Part shown: piece by piece, positions 39,210 to 47,926 of the stretch | Layout of the letters: each line of letters begins with the position of its first letter | How positions within the stretch are numbered: position 1 is the stretch's first letter | Assembly: GCA_037443785.1 (NCBI GenBank) | Contig: JBBINR010000002.1 | Location: forward strand, 92,820 to 156,819 | Source of the DNA: Ignavibacteriales bacterium | Lineage (GTDB): Bacteria > Bacteroidota > Ignavibacteria > UBA10030 > UBA8401 | Length of the DNA: 64,000 bases | Direction of reading: 5' to 3' | Position numbers and translations under genes: made by a program | The notes under the pieces: generated by a model | The model's input: only the letters and a program-made list of their open reading frames with translations | Told to the model about the DNA's origin: nothing | Database searches by the model: none

Positions 39210-39340
39210 GATGAGGGATGAATTATGAAGGATGAAGCAAAACATGGATGCTTCGACTCGTCCATAGAGCGGACTCGCTCAGCATGACACCAAGGGGAAA
39301 AATTGTTCATGGATCCCCGCTTATAGCATGCGGGGATGAC
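39210..39340. repeat. heptamer repeat plus two REP-like half elements
   Basis: gatgagg gatgaat tatgaag gatgaag; GATGCTTCGACTC...GCTCAGCATGAC (inverse relative at 35671-35696); GATCCCCGC...GCGGGGATGAC. Confidence 0.6.
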
Positions 39341-39389
39341 AGAGGGAAAGCACATGGGCTACGCTCTTCACAAAGTTTAAAATGAATTC

Positions 39390-39418
39390 TTGAATTGCCG
39401 CAACACTTTTGGTATTAT
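39390..39418 (+). promoter_or_regulatory. sigma70-type promoter of the ECF sigma gene
   Basis: TTGAAT-17 nt-TATTAT. Confidence 0.6.
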
Positions 39419-39453
39419 TCGGGAGTTCATTTTGTCATTTAATTCGGCAGGAC

Positions 39454-40029
39454 TTGTCCTCTTCAGTTCGTCATAGTGAATTAACCACGTGGGTTCGTGC
39501 GTATACTAAAGATATGCTCTCGTGGGCAACCAAGCGCACCTCGAATCAACATATTGCAGAAGATCTTGTCCAAGAAACATTTCTTATTGCCGCCGAAAAG
39601 TATTCAAGTTTTCGCCGCGAGAGTGAGCCAAAGACCTGGCTGTTTGGGATACTCAATCTGAAGATTGCTGAATTTTACCGTTCCAAAAAACGGACTCACG
39701 AATCACATGTTGATATCGATGAATTTTCTGATCTTTTTTTCTCCGAGGATGGAAAATGGAAACAGAGTGCCGCACCAACAGTATGGGAAGATGTTGATAC
39801 TCATCTGTTTGATGATCAGTTGTTCGTTGAAATATTTGAACAATGTTTAGGAAGTTTACCAAACACCTGGAACCAAAGTTTGACGGCAAAATTTTTCAGC
39901 GAAAAAACAACCGAGCAAATCTGTCAGGAATTGGGTATATCAATCACTAATTATTGGCAGCTTATCCATCGAGCAAAGCTTAAAATGCGTTCATGTTTAG
40001 AACAACAGTGGTTCCGAAAAAATAGGTAA
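39454..40029 (+). CDS. ECF sigma-70 family sigma factor
   Basis: AEDLVQETF, KTWLFGIL, ICQELGIS.TNYWQLIHRAK; start re-called to TTG 39454 after AGGA. Confidence 0.92.
   Translation: MSSSVRHSELTTWVRAYTKDMLSWATKRTSNQHIAEDLVQETFLIAAEKYSSFRRESEPKTWLFGILNLKIAEFYRSKKRTHESHVDIDEFSDLFFSEDGKWKQSAAPTVWEDVDTHLFDDQLFVEIFEQCLGSLPNTWNQSLTAKFFSEKTTEQICQELGISITNYWQLIHRAKLKMRSCLEQQWFRKNR
39921..39951 (+). promoter_or_regulatory. candidate ECF promoter inside the sigma gene
   Basis: CTGTCAGGAATT-11 nt-TCACTAAT, same two blocks as 40300-40329. Confidence 0.55.
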
Positions 40030-40034
40030 CCAAT

Positions 40035-40292
40035 ATGACTGTAATGATGCTTTCATGTTTTAAGGCAACAGAATTGATCGAAAAACGTCAACTGACACCA
40101 CTTGGCGTCGTTGATCTCTTGAGATTGCATATGCATACCATGATGTGCGATGCATGCCGAATGTATGAGAAACAGAGTAAAATCATTACTACCGCACTTC
40201 ATTCAGAACTTCATATGAATAGATCGGCTGTTCATGTAAGCGATGAATCTGCCAATACACTTATTGAAAAGATCCTTACGGAAGAAAAATAA
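40035..40292 (+). CDS. zf-HC2 (ZAS) soluble anti-sigma factor
   Basis: LSCFKATELI...HTMMCDAC (HxxxCxxC), directly after the sigma gene, no TM. Confidence 0.85.
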   Translation: MTVMMLSCFKATELIEKRQLTPLGVVDLLRLHMHTMMCDACRMYEKQSKIITTALHSELHMNRSAVHVSDESANTLIEKILTEEK

Positions 40293-40299
40293 AAATCGG

Positions 40300-40329
40300 C
40301 TGTCAGGAATTCTTCTTCGTGTCACTAAT
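40300..40329 (+). promoter_or_regulatory. candidate ECF-dependent promoter of the downstream genes
   Basis: intergenic CTGTCAGGAATT-10 nt-TCACTAAT, 42 nt before ATG 40372. Confidence 0.6.
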
Positions 40330-40371
40330 CGTATGTAATCAATAATTAATCATTAGAAAGGATTATCTACG

Positions 40372-40800
40372 ATGAAACACTCTTTCCGAAGTTCCATTCT
40401 CGCCGGCATTGCGGCAACATTTGTTATGACTTTAGTTACCATGGCTGCACCAATGATGGGATTCCCGCCAATGAATCCTGCGGCAATGCTTTCCGAAACG
40501 ATGCATGCACCTATTATTGCGGGTTGGCTTGCGCATTTTATGATCGGGATTCTTTTCGCGGTAAGTTATACTCTGTTTATTGCCGATCGTTTAAAGGTTT
40601 CACCTGTAATCATAAAAGGATCACTGTTCGGATTCGGTGTATTCCTCTTTGCACAAATTATGATGGCGATGATGAATGCCGTCATGGGTGGAATGCCGTC
40701 ACCTGAAGGAAGCATGGCATTATTGCTCGTTGGAAGTATCATGGGACATGTCATCTATGGAATTGTCGTTGCCCTTATTGCAAAACCTTCACAAAAATAA
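40372..40800 (+). CDS. four-TM Met-rich membrane protein (DUF6789/DUF2938-like)
   Basis: AGIAATFVMT, GWLAHFMIG and GHVIYG conserved-His pattern. Confidence 0.7.
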   Translation: MKHSFRSSILAGIAATFVMTLVTMAAPMMGFPPMNPAAMLSETMHAPIIAGWLAHFMIGILFAVSYTLFIADRLKVSPVIIKGSLFGFGVFLFAQIMMAMMNAVMGGMPSPEGSMALLLVGSIMGHVIYGIVVALIAKPSQK

Positions 40801-40813
40801 TTGAAAGAACTGC

Positions 40814-41086
40814 ATGCCTAAAATAACAATGTATTCAACGCCGTGGTGCGGTGATTGCCGAAATGCAAAACGATTCTTAAAAAATTCCGGAATAGAATAT
40901 TCCGAAATTGATATAGACCAAAATGACAGCGCAGCACAACAAGTCATTGATTGGTCGGGAGGACGACGAGTGATTCCAACGTTTCACATTACTGCGTGCG
41001 ATCAAAGTACATCGTTGATACTCCATAATCCGAAACTCAATGATTTAGATAAAATTCTTCGTGACCTTATCACGAAAACCGCCTGA
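40814..41086 (+). CDS. glutaredoxin/NrdH (mycoredoxin-like) protein
   Basis: MYSTPWCGDC, G.RVIPT, NP motif. Confidence 0.88.
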   Translation: MPKITMYSTPWCGDCRNAKRFLKNSGIEYSEIDIDQNDSAAQQVIDWSGGRRVIPTFHITACDQSTSLILHNPKLNDLDKILRDLITKTA

Positions 41087-41263
41087 CATCGATGGATTCT
41101 CCGAAGGAGTCCTTTTGAACCGACGACAGTTCCGCTTTGTGAATCCCGGTGTGCGGAATTTAGAAGCGGGATCGTTGGTCAGCGACCTTGTGAGGAATGA
41201 CAAATGTACGCAGGGGAAGAAATTTCTTTTGCGTCAAATGAATCATTTTGTATATTATAGACA

Positions 41264-41320
41264 ATGAAATCGGTATTTCTATATATGATGTGTTGTCTAA
41301 AGGTACATTCGCATTCGTGA
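41264..41320 (+). CDS. putative attenuator leader peptide MKSVFLYMMCCLKVHSHS
   Basis: 18-codon ORF with ATG ATG TGT TGT at 41285-41296, between promoter TTGCGT...TATATT (41229-41256) and a terminator upstream of metZ. Confidence 0.7.
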   Translation: MKSVFLYMMCCLKVHSHS

Positions 41321-41346
41321 AAGAGACGCATCAATTTGCTTTTTTG

Positions 41347-41382
41347 AAAAGTCTTTCACACTGAAAGACTTTTTTGCTTTTT
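41347..41382 (+). terminator. attenuator terminator upstream of metZ
   Basis: AAAAGTCTTTCA-cac-TGAAAGACTTTT then TTGCTTTTT; its 5' arm can alternatively pair with GTGAAAGA 41317-41324. Confidence 0.8.
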
Positions 41383-41396
41383 AGGAGGAGCCAGCC

Positions 41397-42569
41397 ATGA
41401 AAAAACATTTTGAAACCAATGCAGTCCGTACGCAATCCAAGCGTTCATCAAACCGCGAACATTCGGTTCCGCTCTATCTTACCTCGAGTTTTTTGTTTGA
41501 TAATGCAGAGCAGGGGCGGGCGCTGTTTGCGGACGAAATCGAAGGAAATATTTATTCGCGCTTTTCCAATCCGAACACGTCGGAGTTTATCGAGAAAATG
41601 GCCGCGATGGAACACGGGGAAGACGGCTTTGCTTTTGCGACAGGAATGGCGGCGATCTTTGTTGGATTCGGCGCGCTGCTCCAATCGGGAGATCATGTGC
41701 TCGCCTGCCGTTCGCTCTTCGGGTCGTCGCATCAACTGCTGACAAAAGTGTTGTCCAAATGGGGAATCACACATACGTACGTTGATGCTGCCCATCCTGA
41801 AACATGGGAAGGGGCGATTCAAAAAAACACGAAATTAATTTTCATCGAAACGCCTTCCAATCCCGGATTGGAATTGATCGATCTTGAATGGCTCGGCACA
41901 CTGAAAAAGAAACACAACGTGCTGTTGAGCGTGGATAATTGTTTTGCGACGCCGTATCTGCAGACGCCGATCGATTTCGGCGCCGATCTTGTGATTCACT
42001 CAGCCACAAAATTCATCGACGGGCAGGGAAGAGTGCTCGGCGGCGTGATTGTCGGGAACAAAGCATTGATCAAAGAGATCCGATTCTTCTCGCGCCATAC
42101 CGGACCGGCAATGTCGCCGTTCAATGCGTGGCTTCTTTCAAAAAGCTTAGAGACCCTTGCGGTGCGAATGGATCGGCATTGCGCAAATGCACTCGCGCTT
42201 GCGCAGCATTTAGAAAAGCATTCCGAAATCGAAAGCGTGAAGTATCCGTTTCTTCCGTCGCATCCGCAGTATGACCTTGCCAAGAAACAAATGAAACAAG
42301 GGGGCGGTGTTGTGACGTTTGTTGTTAAAGGAGGATACGAACGGGCGAAAAAATTTATCGATGCCATTGAAATGCTCTCCAGCACGGCAAATCTTGGCGA
42401 TGCGCGAACCACGGTCACGCATCCGGCATCGACCACGCATTCAAAATTAACCGACGAAGAACGGGCGAAGGTTGCCATTGGACCGGGATTGATCCGTATT
42501 TCCGCTGGACTTGAACATATCGACGATATTGTTGCCGATGTTGACCAGGCATTGAAGAAATCGAAATAA
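41397..42569 (+). CDS. metZ: O-succinylhomoserine sulfhydrylase (Cys/Met PLP-dependent enzyme)
   Basis: EHSVPLYLTSSF, YSRFSNP, ETPSNP, HSATKFIDGQGRVLGG, NLGD...THPASTTH. Confidence 0.88.
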   Translation: MKKHFETNAVRTQSKRSSNREHSVPLYLTSSFLFDNAEQGRALFADEIEGNIYSRFSNPNTSEFIEKMAAMEHGEDGFAFATGMAAIFVGFGALLQSGDHVLACRSLFGSSHQLLTKVLSKWGITHTYVDAAHPETWEGAIQKNTKLIFIETPSNPGLELIDLEWLGTLKKKHNVLLSVDNCFATPYLQTPIDFGADLVIHSATKFIDGQGRVLGGVIVGNKALIKEIRFFSRHTGPAMSPFNAWLLSKSLETLAVRMDRHCANALALAQHLEKHSEIESVKYPFLPSHPQYDLAKKQMKQGGGVVTFVVKGGYERAKKFIDAIEMLSSTANLGDARTTVTHPASTTHSKLTDEERAKVAIGPGLIRISAGLEHIDDIVADVDQALKKSK

Positions 42570-42607
42570 ATTTTTGCGAATAATAATTAACAATAAAGGA
42601 AAAATCT

Positions 42608-43078
42608 ATGAACTGGTTTTTTGAATCGTGGAATTGGTATATCGCCGGTCCATTAATTGGATTATTCGTACCGGCGCTGTTAATCGTAACAAACAAAATG
42701 CTGGGCATTTCTTCGGCATTCGAACATCTCTGTACGCTTGTTCTCCCAAAAGAGAAGGGTTCTATTTTCAATTTCAATATTGTTGAAAACAGCTGGAAGA
42801 CACTGTTCGTTGTCGGTATTGCGCTTGGGGCCTACGTTGCGTCGCATTTTCTTTCGTCATCGCCGGTGCATTTTCTTCCGGAACAGTATCACACCACAGC
42901 GGGTTACGTTAAATTATTTATCGGCGGAATTTTGGTCGGATTCGGAACACGATACGCGAACGGATGCACATCGGGCCATGCAATATTTGGTCTCTCTATT
43001 TTGCAATCGTCGAGCTTGAAAGCAACGATTTCGTTTTTTATCGGCGGATTGATTTATACATTTTTCGCATCATTATAA
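42608..43078 (+). CDS. YeeE/YedE thiosulfate transporter family protein (first half)
   Basis: WYIAGPLIG, LGISS, GGILVGFGTRYANGCTSGHAI. Confidence 0.9.
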   Translation: MNWFFESWNWYIAGPLIGLFVPALLIVTNKMLGISSAFEHLCTLVLPKEKGSIFNFNIVENSWKTLFVVGIALGAYVASHFLSSSPVHFLPEQYHTTAGYVKLFIGGILVGFGTRYANGCTSGHAIFGLSILQSSSLKATISFFIGGLIYTFFASL

Positions 43079-43141
43079 TAGTACAAGCATCTCACACAAC
43101 GTCGCAAAAGTTCAGAGAAAAATACTTTGAGGAAAAGGGAA

Positions 43142-43552
43142 ATGAAAAATTTTTTCTATATCGTGTTTGGAATACTTTTCGGAATTATTCTTACCAAATC
43201 TGAAGTGATCAGCTGGTTCAGAATCCAGAATATGTTCCAATTTAAAGAGCTTCACATGTATCTGATCATCGGTTCTGCCGTTGCGGTCGGAATCATTTCA
43301 ATGCAACTGATTCAGCGGCTGAATGTAAAGAGCTTGAATGGTGAAGAAATTCATGTAAAAGGTAAACAATTTCATAAAGGGTTTATCATCGGCGGAATAA
43401 TTTTTGGCATCGGCTGGGCGATCACCGGCGCCTGTCCGGGTCCGATCTTTGCGCAAATTGGCGCGGGAGAATTTCCGGCGCTATTTACGCTTGCCGGTGC
43501 ACTGCTCGGCGCATTTTTATATCATTCGTTCAAATCAAAATTGCCGCACTAA
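43142..43552 (+). CDS. YeeE/YedE family protein (second half)
   Basis: KSEVISWFRI..MF.F...HMY, GGIIFGIGWAITGACPGP. Confidence 0.9.
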   Translation: MKNFFYIVFGILFGIILTKSEVISWFRIQNMFQFKELHMYLIIGSAVAVGIISMQLIQRLNVKSLNGEEIHVKGKQFHKGFIIGGIIFGIGWAITGACPGPIFAQIGAGEFPALFTLAGALLGAFLYHSFKSKLPH

Positions 43553-43720
43553 ACAGCATTGGCAAAAAAGCTTCACGTGTGTTTGCATCATTTTCACCAT
43601 CGGGCGAATTGTTGTTTCACCCGATTTTTCTAATTATCTTTACTCAACAAAAACAACAAAACGGCGATAAACCGTTTTTTTTATCGTTGTACAGCATTCC
43701 GATAGAAAGTACAAGCCGTA

Positions 43721-46120
43721 ATGGCAGATGACCAAATCATAAAACCAGAGTTTTCAGTAGAACCAATAGACAAAATTCCTCAAACGCTCCCGGTGCTTCC
43801 GCTGCGCGATGTCGTTATTTTCCCATATATGATTTTTCCGGTACTTGTCGGCAGAGAATCGTCGCTGCGCGCTGCAAATTTTGCATTGGATAACAGCAAA
43901 TATATTTTTCTTGTCTCACAGAAAGACCCCTCGGTAGAAGAACCAGGGAAAGATGATATCTATGTTGAAGGAACCGTTGCGAAGATTGTTCAAATTTTAA
44001 AACTCCCGAATAACTTGATGAAAATCTTGGTGGATGGAGTGGTGCAGGGAACGATTGCGGAGTTTGTCGACAACGAAAAATTTCTTCAGGCAAAAATTAC
44101 CATCGCGGCACACACCGCCGATAATTCCACGGAAATGGATGCGATTGTTCGGCATGCGTCGTCGTTATTTTCTGAATATGTCCGCGCCAATAGAAATATC
44201 CCTCCCGAAGTATTGGCGGCATTTGAAAATATCAAAGATGTTCAACGGCGCCTCTATTATATCGCCGCGAATATATTACAAACGGTTGAGATCAAACAAA
44301 AAATCCTAAAACTCACGGTTTTAAAGGAACAGTATTTAGAAATCATCCGTGTGCTGAATTCAGAAATTAACGTTTTGAAAATCGAGCGGGAGATCGATAC
44401 GAAGGTCCATGAAAATATCCAGCGGTCGCAGCGAAAGTATTTTATCCAGGAACAGATCAAAATTTTACAGGATGAACTCGGTGAAGAAGAATCGACTCCT
44501 GAATTGGCAAAGTTGAAAGATGATATTGCGAAAGCCGGGATGTCGAAAGACGTACACGCCAAAGCGATGGAAGAGTTTACAAAGCTGAAAAAAACTCCGT
44601 CGATGTCTCCGGAATTCGGCGTGATTCGAAATTATCTCGATTGGCTCGTCAGCTTGCCGTGGAAAAAGAAAACGAAAGACGACCTCGACATTGAGCATGT
44701 AAAAAAGATTTTAGATGATGATCATTATGGATTAGAGAAACCGAAAGAACGCATTCTTGAACACATTGCCGTCTTGAATCTTGTGAAAGAAATGAAAGGG
44801 CAGATTTTGTGTTTGGTTGGTCCTCCGGGAGTTGGAAAAACTTCGCTGGCAAAATCGATTGCCCGTGCATTAAACAGAAAATTCGTGCGTATGTCGCTCG
44901 GCGGCGTTCGGGATGAAGCGGAAATTCGCGGCCATCGGCGAACGTATATCGGTTCGATGCCGGGAAAAATAATTCAGTCAATGAAGCGCGCCGCTGTGGT
45001 GAACCCTGTGATTCTGATGGATGAGATCGACAAGATGAGCATGGATTTCCGCGGCGATCCGGCGAGTGCATTGCTTGAAGTGCTTGATCCGCAGCAGAAT
45101 TCTGCATTCAACGATCATTATCTTGAAGTGGATTATGATCTTTCGAAAGTGATGTTTATTACCACGGCGAATGTACGCTACGCAATTCCAATGCCGCTGC
45201 TTGATCGGATGGAAGTGATCGAGCTTTCCAGCTATCTTGATTTTGAAAAACGGGAAATTGCAAAACGGCATATCATTCCGCGGTTGATCAAAGATCACGG
45301 GCTGACGAACGATGATGTTCAGCTTCCTGATGATTCAATACAAAAAATCATTACTGAATACACGCGCGAATCCGGAGTGCGAAATTTAGAACGAGAGATT
45401 GCTTCCGTTTGCCGGAAGTCAGCCAAAGAAACTGTTCTGGCACGAAGTAAAAACAATCATGCAAAGAAAAAGGGGAAGAAGAAACACCCTGTTCTTATTG
45501 TCGATGAAAAGAAAGTCGAAGAATATCTTGGCGTCCCGAAATTTCGCAGCAGAGCTGCCGACAAAGAAGCGCAGGTTGGATCGGTCACCGGGTTAGCGTG
45601 GACGAGCGTTGGCGGAGATATCCTTCATGTCGATGTTACATTGATGAAAGGTCCCGGCCGTTTGACATTGACGGGGCAGCTCGGCGATGTGATGAAAGAA
45701 TCAGCGCAAGCGTCGCTCAGTTACATCCGTTCGAATGCGAAGAAATTGAAATTGAATCCTGAATTTTTTGACAAGAAAGAAATTCATATCCATTTGCCGG
45801 AAGGTGCAATACCGAAAGACGGACCCTCCGCAGGAATTACGATGACGATGGCGATGATCTCGGCAATCAGTGGAAAGCCGGCGAGGGCAGATGTTGCAAT
45901 GACCGGAGAAATAACTTTGCGCGGCGAAGTGCTGCCGATCGGCGGATTGAATGAAAAACTTCTTGCCGCAAAACGCGCCGGGATAAAAACTGTCTTGATC
46001 CCCAAAGAGAATAAAAAAGATCTTACGGAAATTCAGGAAAGCGTCAAAGAAGGATTGAAGATTGTTCCCGTTGAAAAGATCGAAGAAGCGCTGCCTTATG
46101 TGTTTGGAAAGAAAAAATAA
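43721..46120 (+). CDS. lon: ATP-dependent protease La
   Basis: [40 protein letters not shown]. Confidence 0.97.
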   Translation: MADDQIIKPEFSVEPIDKIPQTLPVLPLRDVVIFPYMIFPVLVGRESSLRAANFALDNSKYIFLVSQKDPSVEEPGKDDIYVEGTVAKIVQILKLPNNLMKILVDGVVQGTIAEFVDNEKFLQAKITIAAHTADNSTEMDAIVRHASSLFSEYVRANRNIPPEVLAAFENIKDVQRRLYYIAANILQTVEIKQKILKLTVLKEQYLEIIRVLNSEINVLKIEREIDTKVHENIQRSQRKYFIQEQIKILQDELGEEESTPELAKLKDDIAKAGMSKDVHAKAMEEFTKLKKTPSMSPEFGVIRNYLDWLVSLPWKKKTKDDLDIEHVKKILDDDHYGLEKPKERILEHIAVLNLVKEMKGQILCLVGPPGVGKTSLAKSIARALNRKFVRMSLGGVRDEAEIRGHRRTYIGSMPGKIIQSMKRAAVVNPVILMDEIDKMSMDFRGDPASALLEVLDPQQNSAFNDHYLEVDYDLSKVMFITTANVRYAIPMPLLDRMEVIELSSYLDFEKREIAKRHIIPRLIKDHGLTNDDVQLPDDSIQKIITEYTRESGVRNLEREIASVCRKSAKETVLARSKNNHAKKKGKKKHPVLIVDEKKVEEYLGVPKFRSRAADKEAQVGSVTGLAWTSVGGDILHVDVTLMKGPGRLTLTGQLGDVMKESAQASLSYIRSNAKKLKLNPEFFDKKEIHIHLPEGAIPKDGPSAGITMTMAMISAISGKPARADVAMTGEITLRGEVLPIGGLNEKLLAAKRAGIKTVLIPKENKKDLTEIQESVKEGLKIVPVEKIEEALPYVFGKKK

Positions 46121-46123
46121 TTT

Positions 46124-47854
46124 ATGAGCTATCAAGTTACTGCACGAAAATGGCGTCCCCTGGTATTTGATGATGTCATCGGACAATCGCATGTTTCGAA
46201 TACATTGAAGAATGCGCTGGCGCAAAATCGTTTGGCGCATGCGTTCATCTTTAGCGGAACGCGCGGCTGCGGCAAGACGACCACAGCGAGAATTCTCGCC
46301 CGTGCGGTGAATTGCTTGAATCCGAAAAATTTTGAACCGTGCAATGAATGTGAAATCTGCAAGGAAATCATTGACGGCAGATCGCTCGATATTATTGAGA
46401 TCGATGGTGCTTCGAATCGCGGTGTTGATGAAATTCGTAACCTGCGTGAGTCTGTTCGGTACGCACCGGCGCGGGGGAAAAAGAAAGTGTATATCATCGA
46501 CGAAGTGCACATGCTGACGAAAGAAGCATTCAATGCACTTCTGAAAACGCTGGAAGAGCCGCCGTCTCACGTCCTCTTTATTTTTGCAACAACAGAGCTT
46601 CATAAAGTTCCCGCAACAATACTTTCACGCTGCCAGCGGTACGATTTTCGCCGGATCAGCGTTGAAGAAATTATCGGACGGTTGAAATATATTGCGCAGC
46701 AGGAAAATATTTCAATCGATGATGATTCGTTATTGATCATTGCGAAAAAAGGCGATGGATCAATGCGCGATTCACAAAGTATCTTCGATCAGGTTGTCTC
46801 ATTCTGCGGAACGACCATTACATCCCAACACGTTGCCGATGCATTGAACATTGTCGATCAGGAATTATTTTTTAAAGTCTCCGATGTGCTGAAGAGGAGA
46901 GATACGCATGCCGGCTTATCGCTGATCAATGAAGTGATCCAAAGCGGATACGATCTGAAAGAATTTATTTCCGGGGTAGCCGAGCATTTTCGAAACATGC
47001 TTATTGTGAAGACGACACAATCCACGCAGCTCATCGAGGAGTCCGAGCTTCATCGCAAGCGGTATACCGAAGATGTTGAAGCCTTTTCATTGCATGACAT
47101 TCTCCGCATCATCAAAGTTGTGACCGATACGGATAATTCAATTCGGTACAGCGTGCAGCCCCGTTTTAAATTGGAAGTCATGATTGTGCAATTGACCAAG
47201 ATGGAACAATCGGTGAATATCGATGAACTGCTTTCACGGATTGACGAATTATCGCAGTCACTTCCTTCGGAGAAAAAAAAACTTCAATCGAACGGATCGA
47301 TAAATAATCCTCCATCTGTTTCTCCAAAAATTGAATCCGAACCTGCTCCGGTTCGAATATCTCCTTCGTTCGAAAATGCAAAGCCCCGGTACACATTTTC
47401 ATCGTCCGCGCCGCAATCGGTTAAAGAACCCCAAACCGATCAATCGGCAGCTTCAACCAATCACGACATCGCGGCGGTAACGCTTACGGATGTCGAACGG
47501 GAATGGAATGCCATTGTTGACGGCATGCGAAAGAAAAAAATTTCGGTCGGGACAATTCTCGGCGAAACAACTCCTGTGGAAATCGTCGATGGAACACTTC
47601 GCATTGCGTGCAGCGATGAGTTTCACCGCTCGACGCTTGTTCGAAACAAGGAAGTTCTTGCCGAGGCTTTTAATATTCCTCTTTCTTCACGCCTTCGGAT
47701 TGAACCTTTCATTCGAACTGCCGATACACCATCGGTGCCGACAGAACGAAAAGTGTCAGCAGATCATTCGCCGGCCGCTCCTTCTTCTTCATCGGATGAC
47801 CATCCTCTCATTAAAACATTAGTTAAAGATTTTGGTGTTGAACGGGTCAGTTGA
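46124..47854 (+). CDS. dnaX: DNA polymerase III subunit gamma/tau
   Basis: ARKWRP, GTRGCGKTT, CNECEIC, IIDEVHML, SRCQ; A9 run at 47273-47281. Confidence 0.95.
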   Translation: MSYQVTARKWRPLVFDDVIGQSHVSNTLKNALAQNRLAHAFIFSGTRGCGKTTTARILARAVNCLNPKNFEPCNECEICKEIIDGRSLDIIEIDGASNRGVDEIRNLRESVRYAPARGKKKVYIIDEVHMLTKEAFNALLKTLEEPPSHVLFIFATTELHKVPATILSRCQRYDFRRISVEEIIGRLKYIAQQENISIDDDSLLIIAKKGDGSMRDSQSIFDQVVSFCGTTITSQHVADALNIVDQELFFKVSDVLKRRDTHAGLSLINEVIQSGYDLKEFISGVAEHFRNMLIVKTTQSTQLIEESELHRKRYTEDVEAFSLHDILRIIKVVTDTDNSIRYSVQPRFKLEVMIVQLTKMEQSVNIDELLSRIDELSQSLPSEKKKLQSNGSINNPPSVSPKIESEPAPVRISPSFENAKPRYTFSSSAPQSVKEPQTDQSAASTNHDIAAVTLTDVEREWNAIVDGMRKKKISVGTILGETTPVEIVDGTLRIACSDEFHRSTLVRNKEVLAEAFNIPLSSRLRIEPFIRTADTPSVPTERKVSADHSPAAPSSSSDDHPLIKTLVKDFGVERVS

Positions 47855-47926
47855 TTACATCTGAAACGGATCCATCATTCTTCATACATTTCTTTTTTCT
47901 TTTCATCGGATTTTGTAAGTTGCTAT

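Noticed and set aside
39409-39453. Track start of the ECF sigma at 39409
   Set aside because: It overlaps the -10 element; TTG 39454 with an SD is more plausible
41087-41396. SAM riboswitch or T-box upstream of metZ
   Set aside because: No recognisable SAM-I/II core or T-box consensus; the leader peptide and terminator explain the region better
45701-46603. 300-aa antisense ORF across lon/dnaX, and similar long shadow ORFs in cusA, metZ and the S8 protease
   Set aside because: Expected antisense shadows of conserved genes; no independent coding signal
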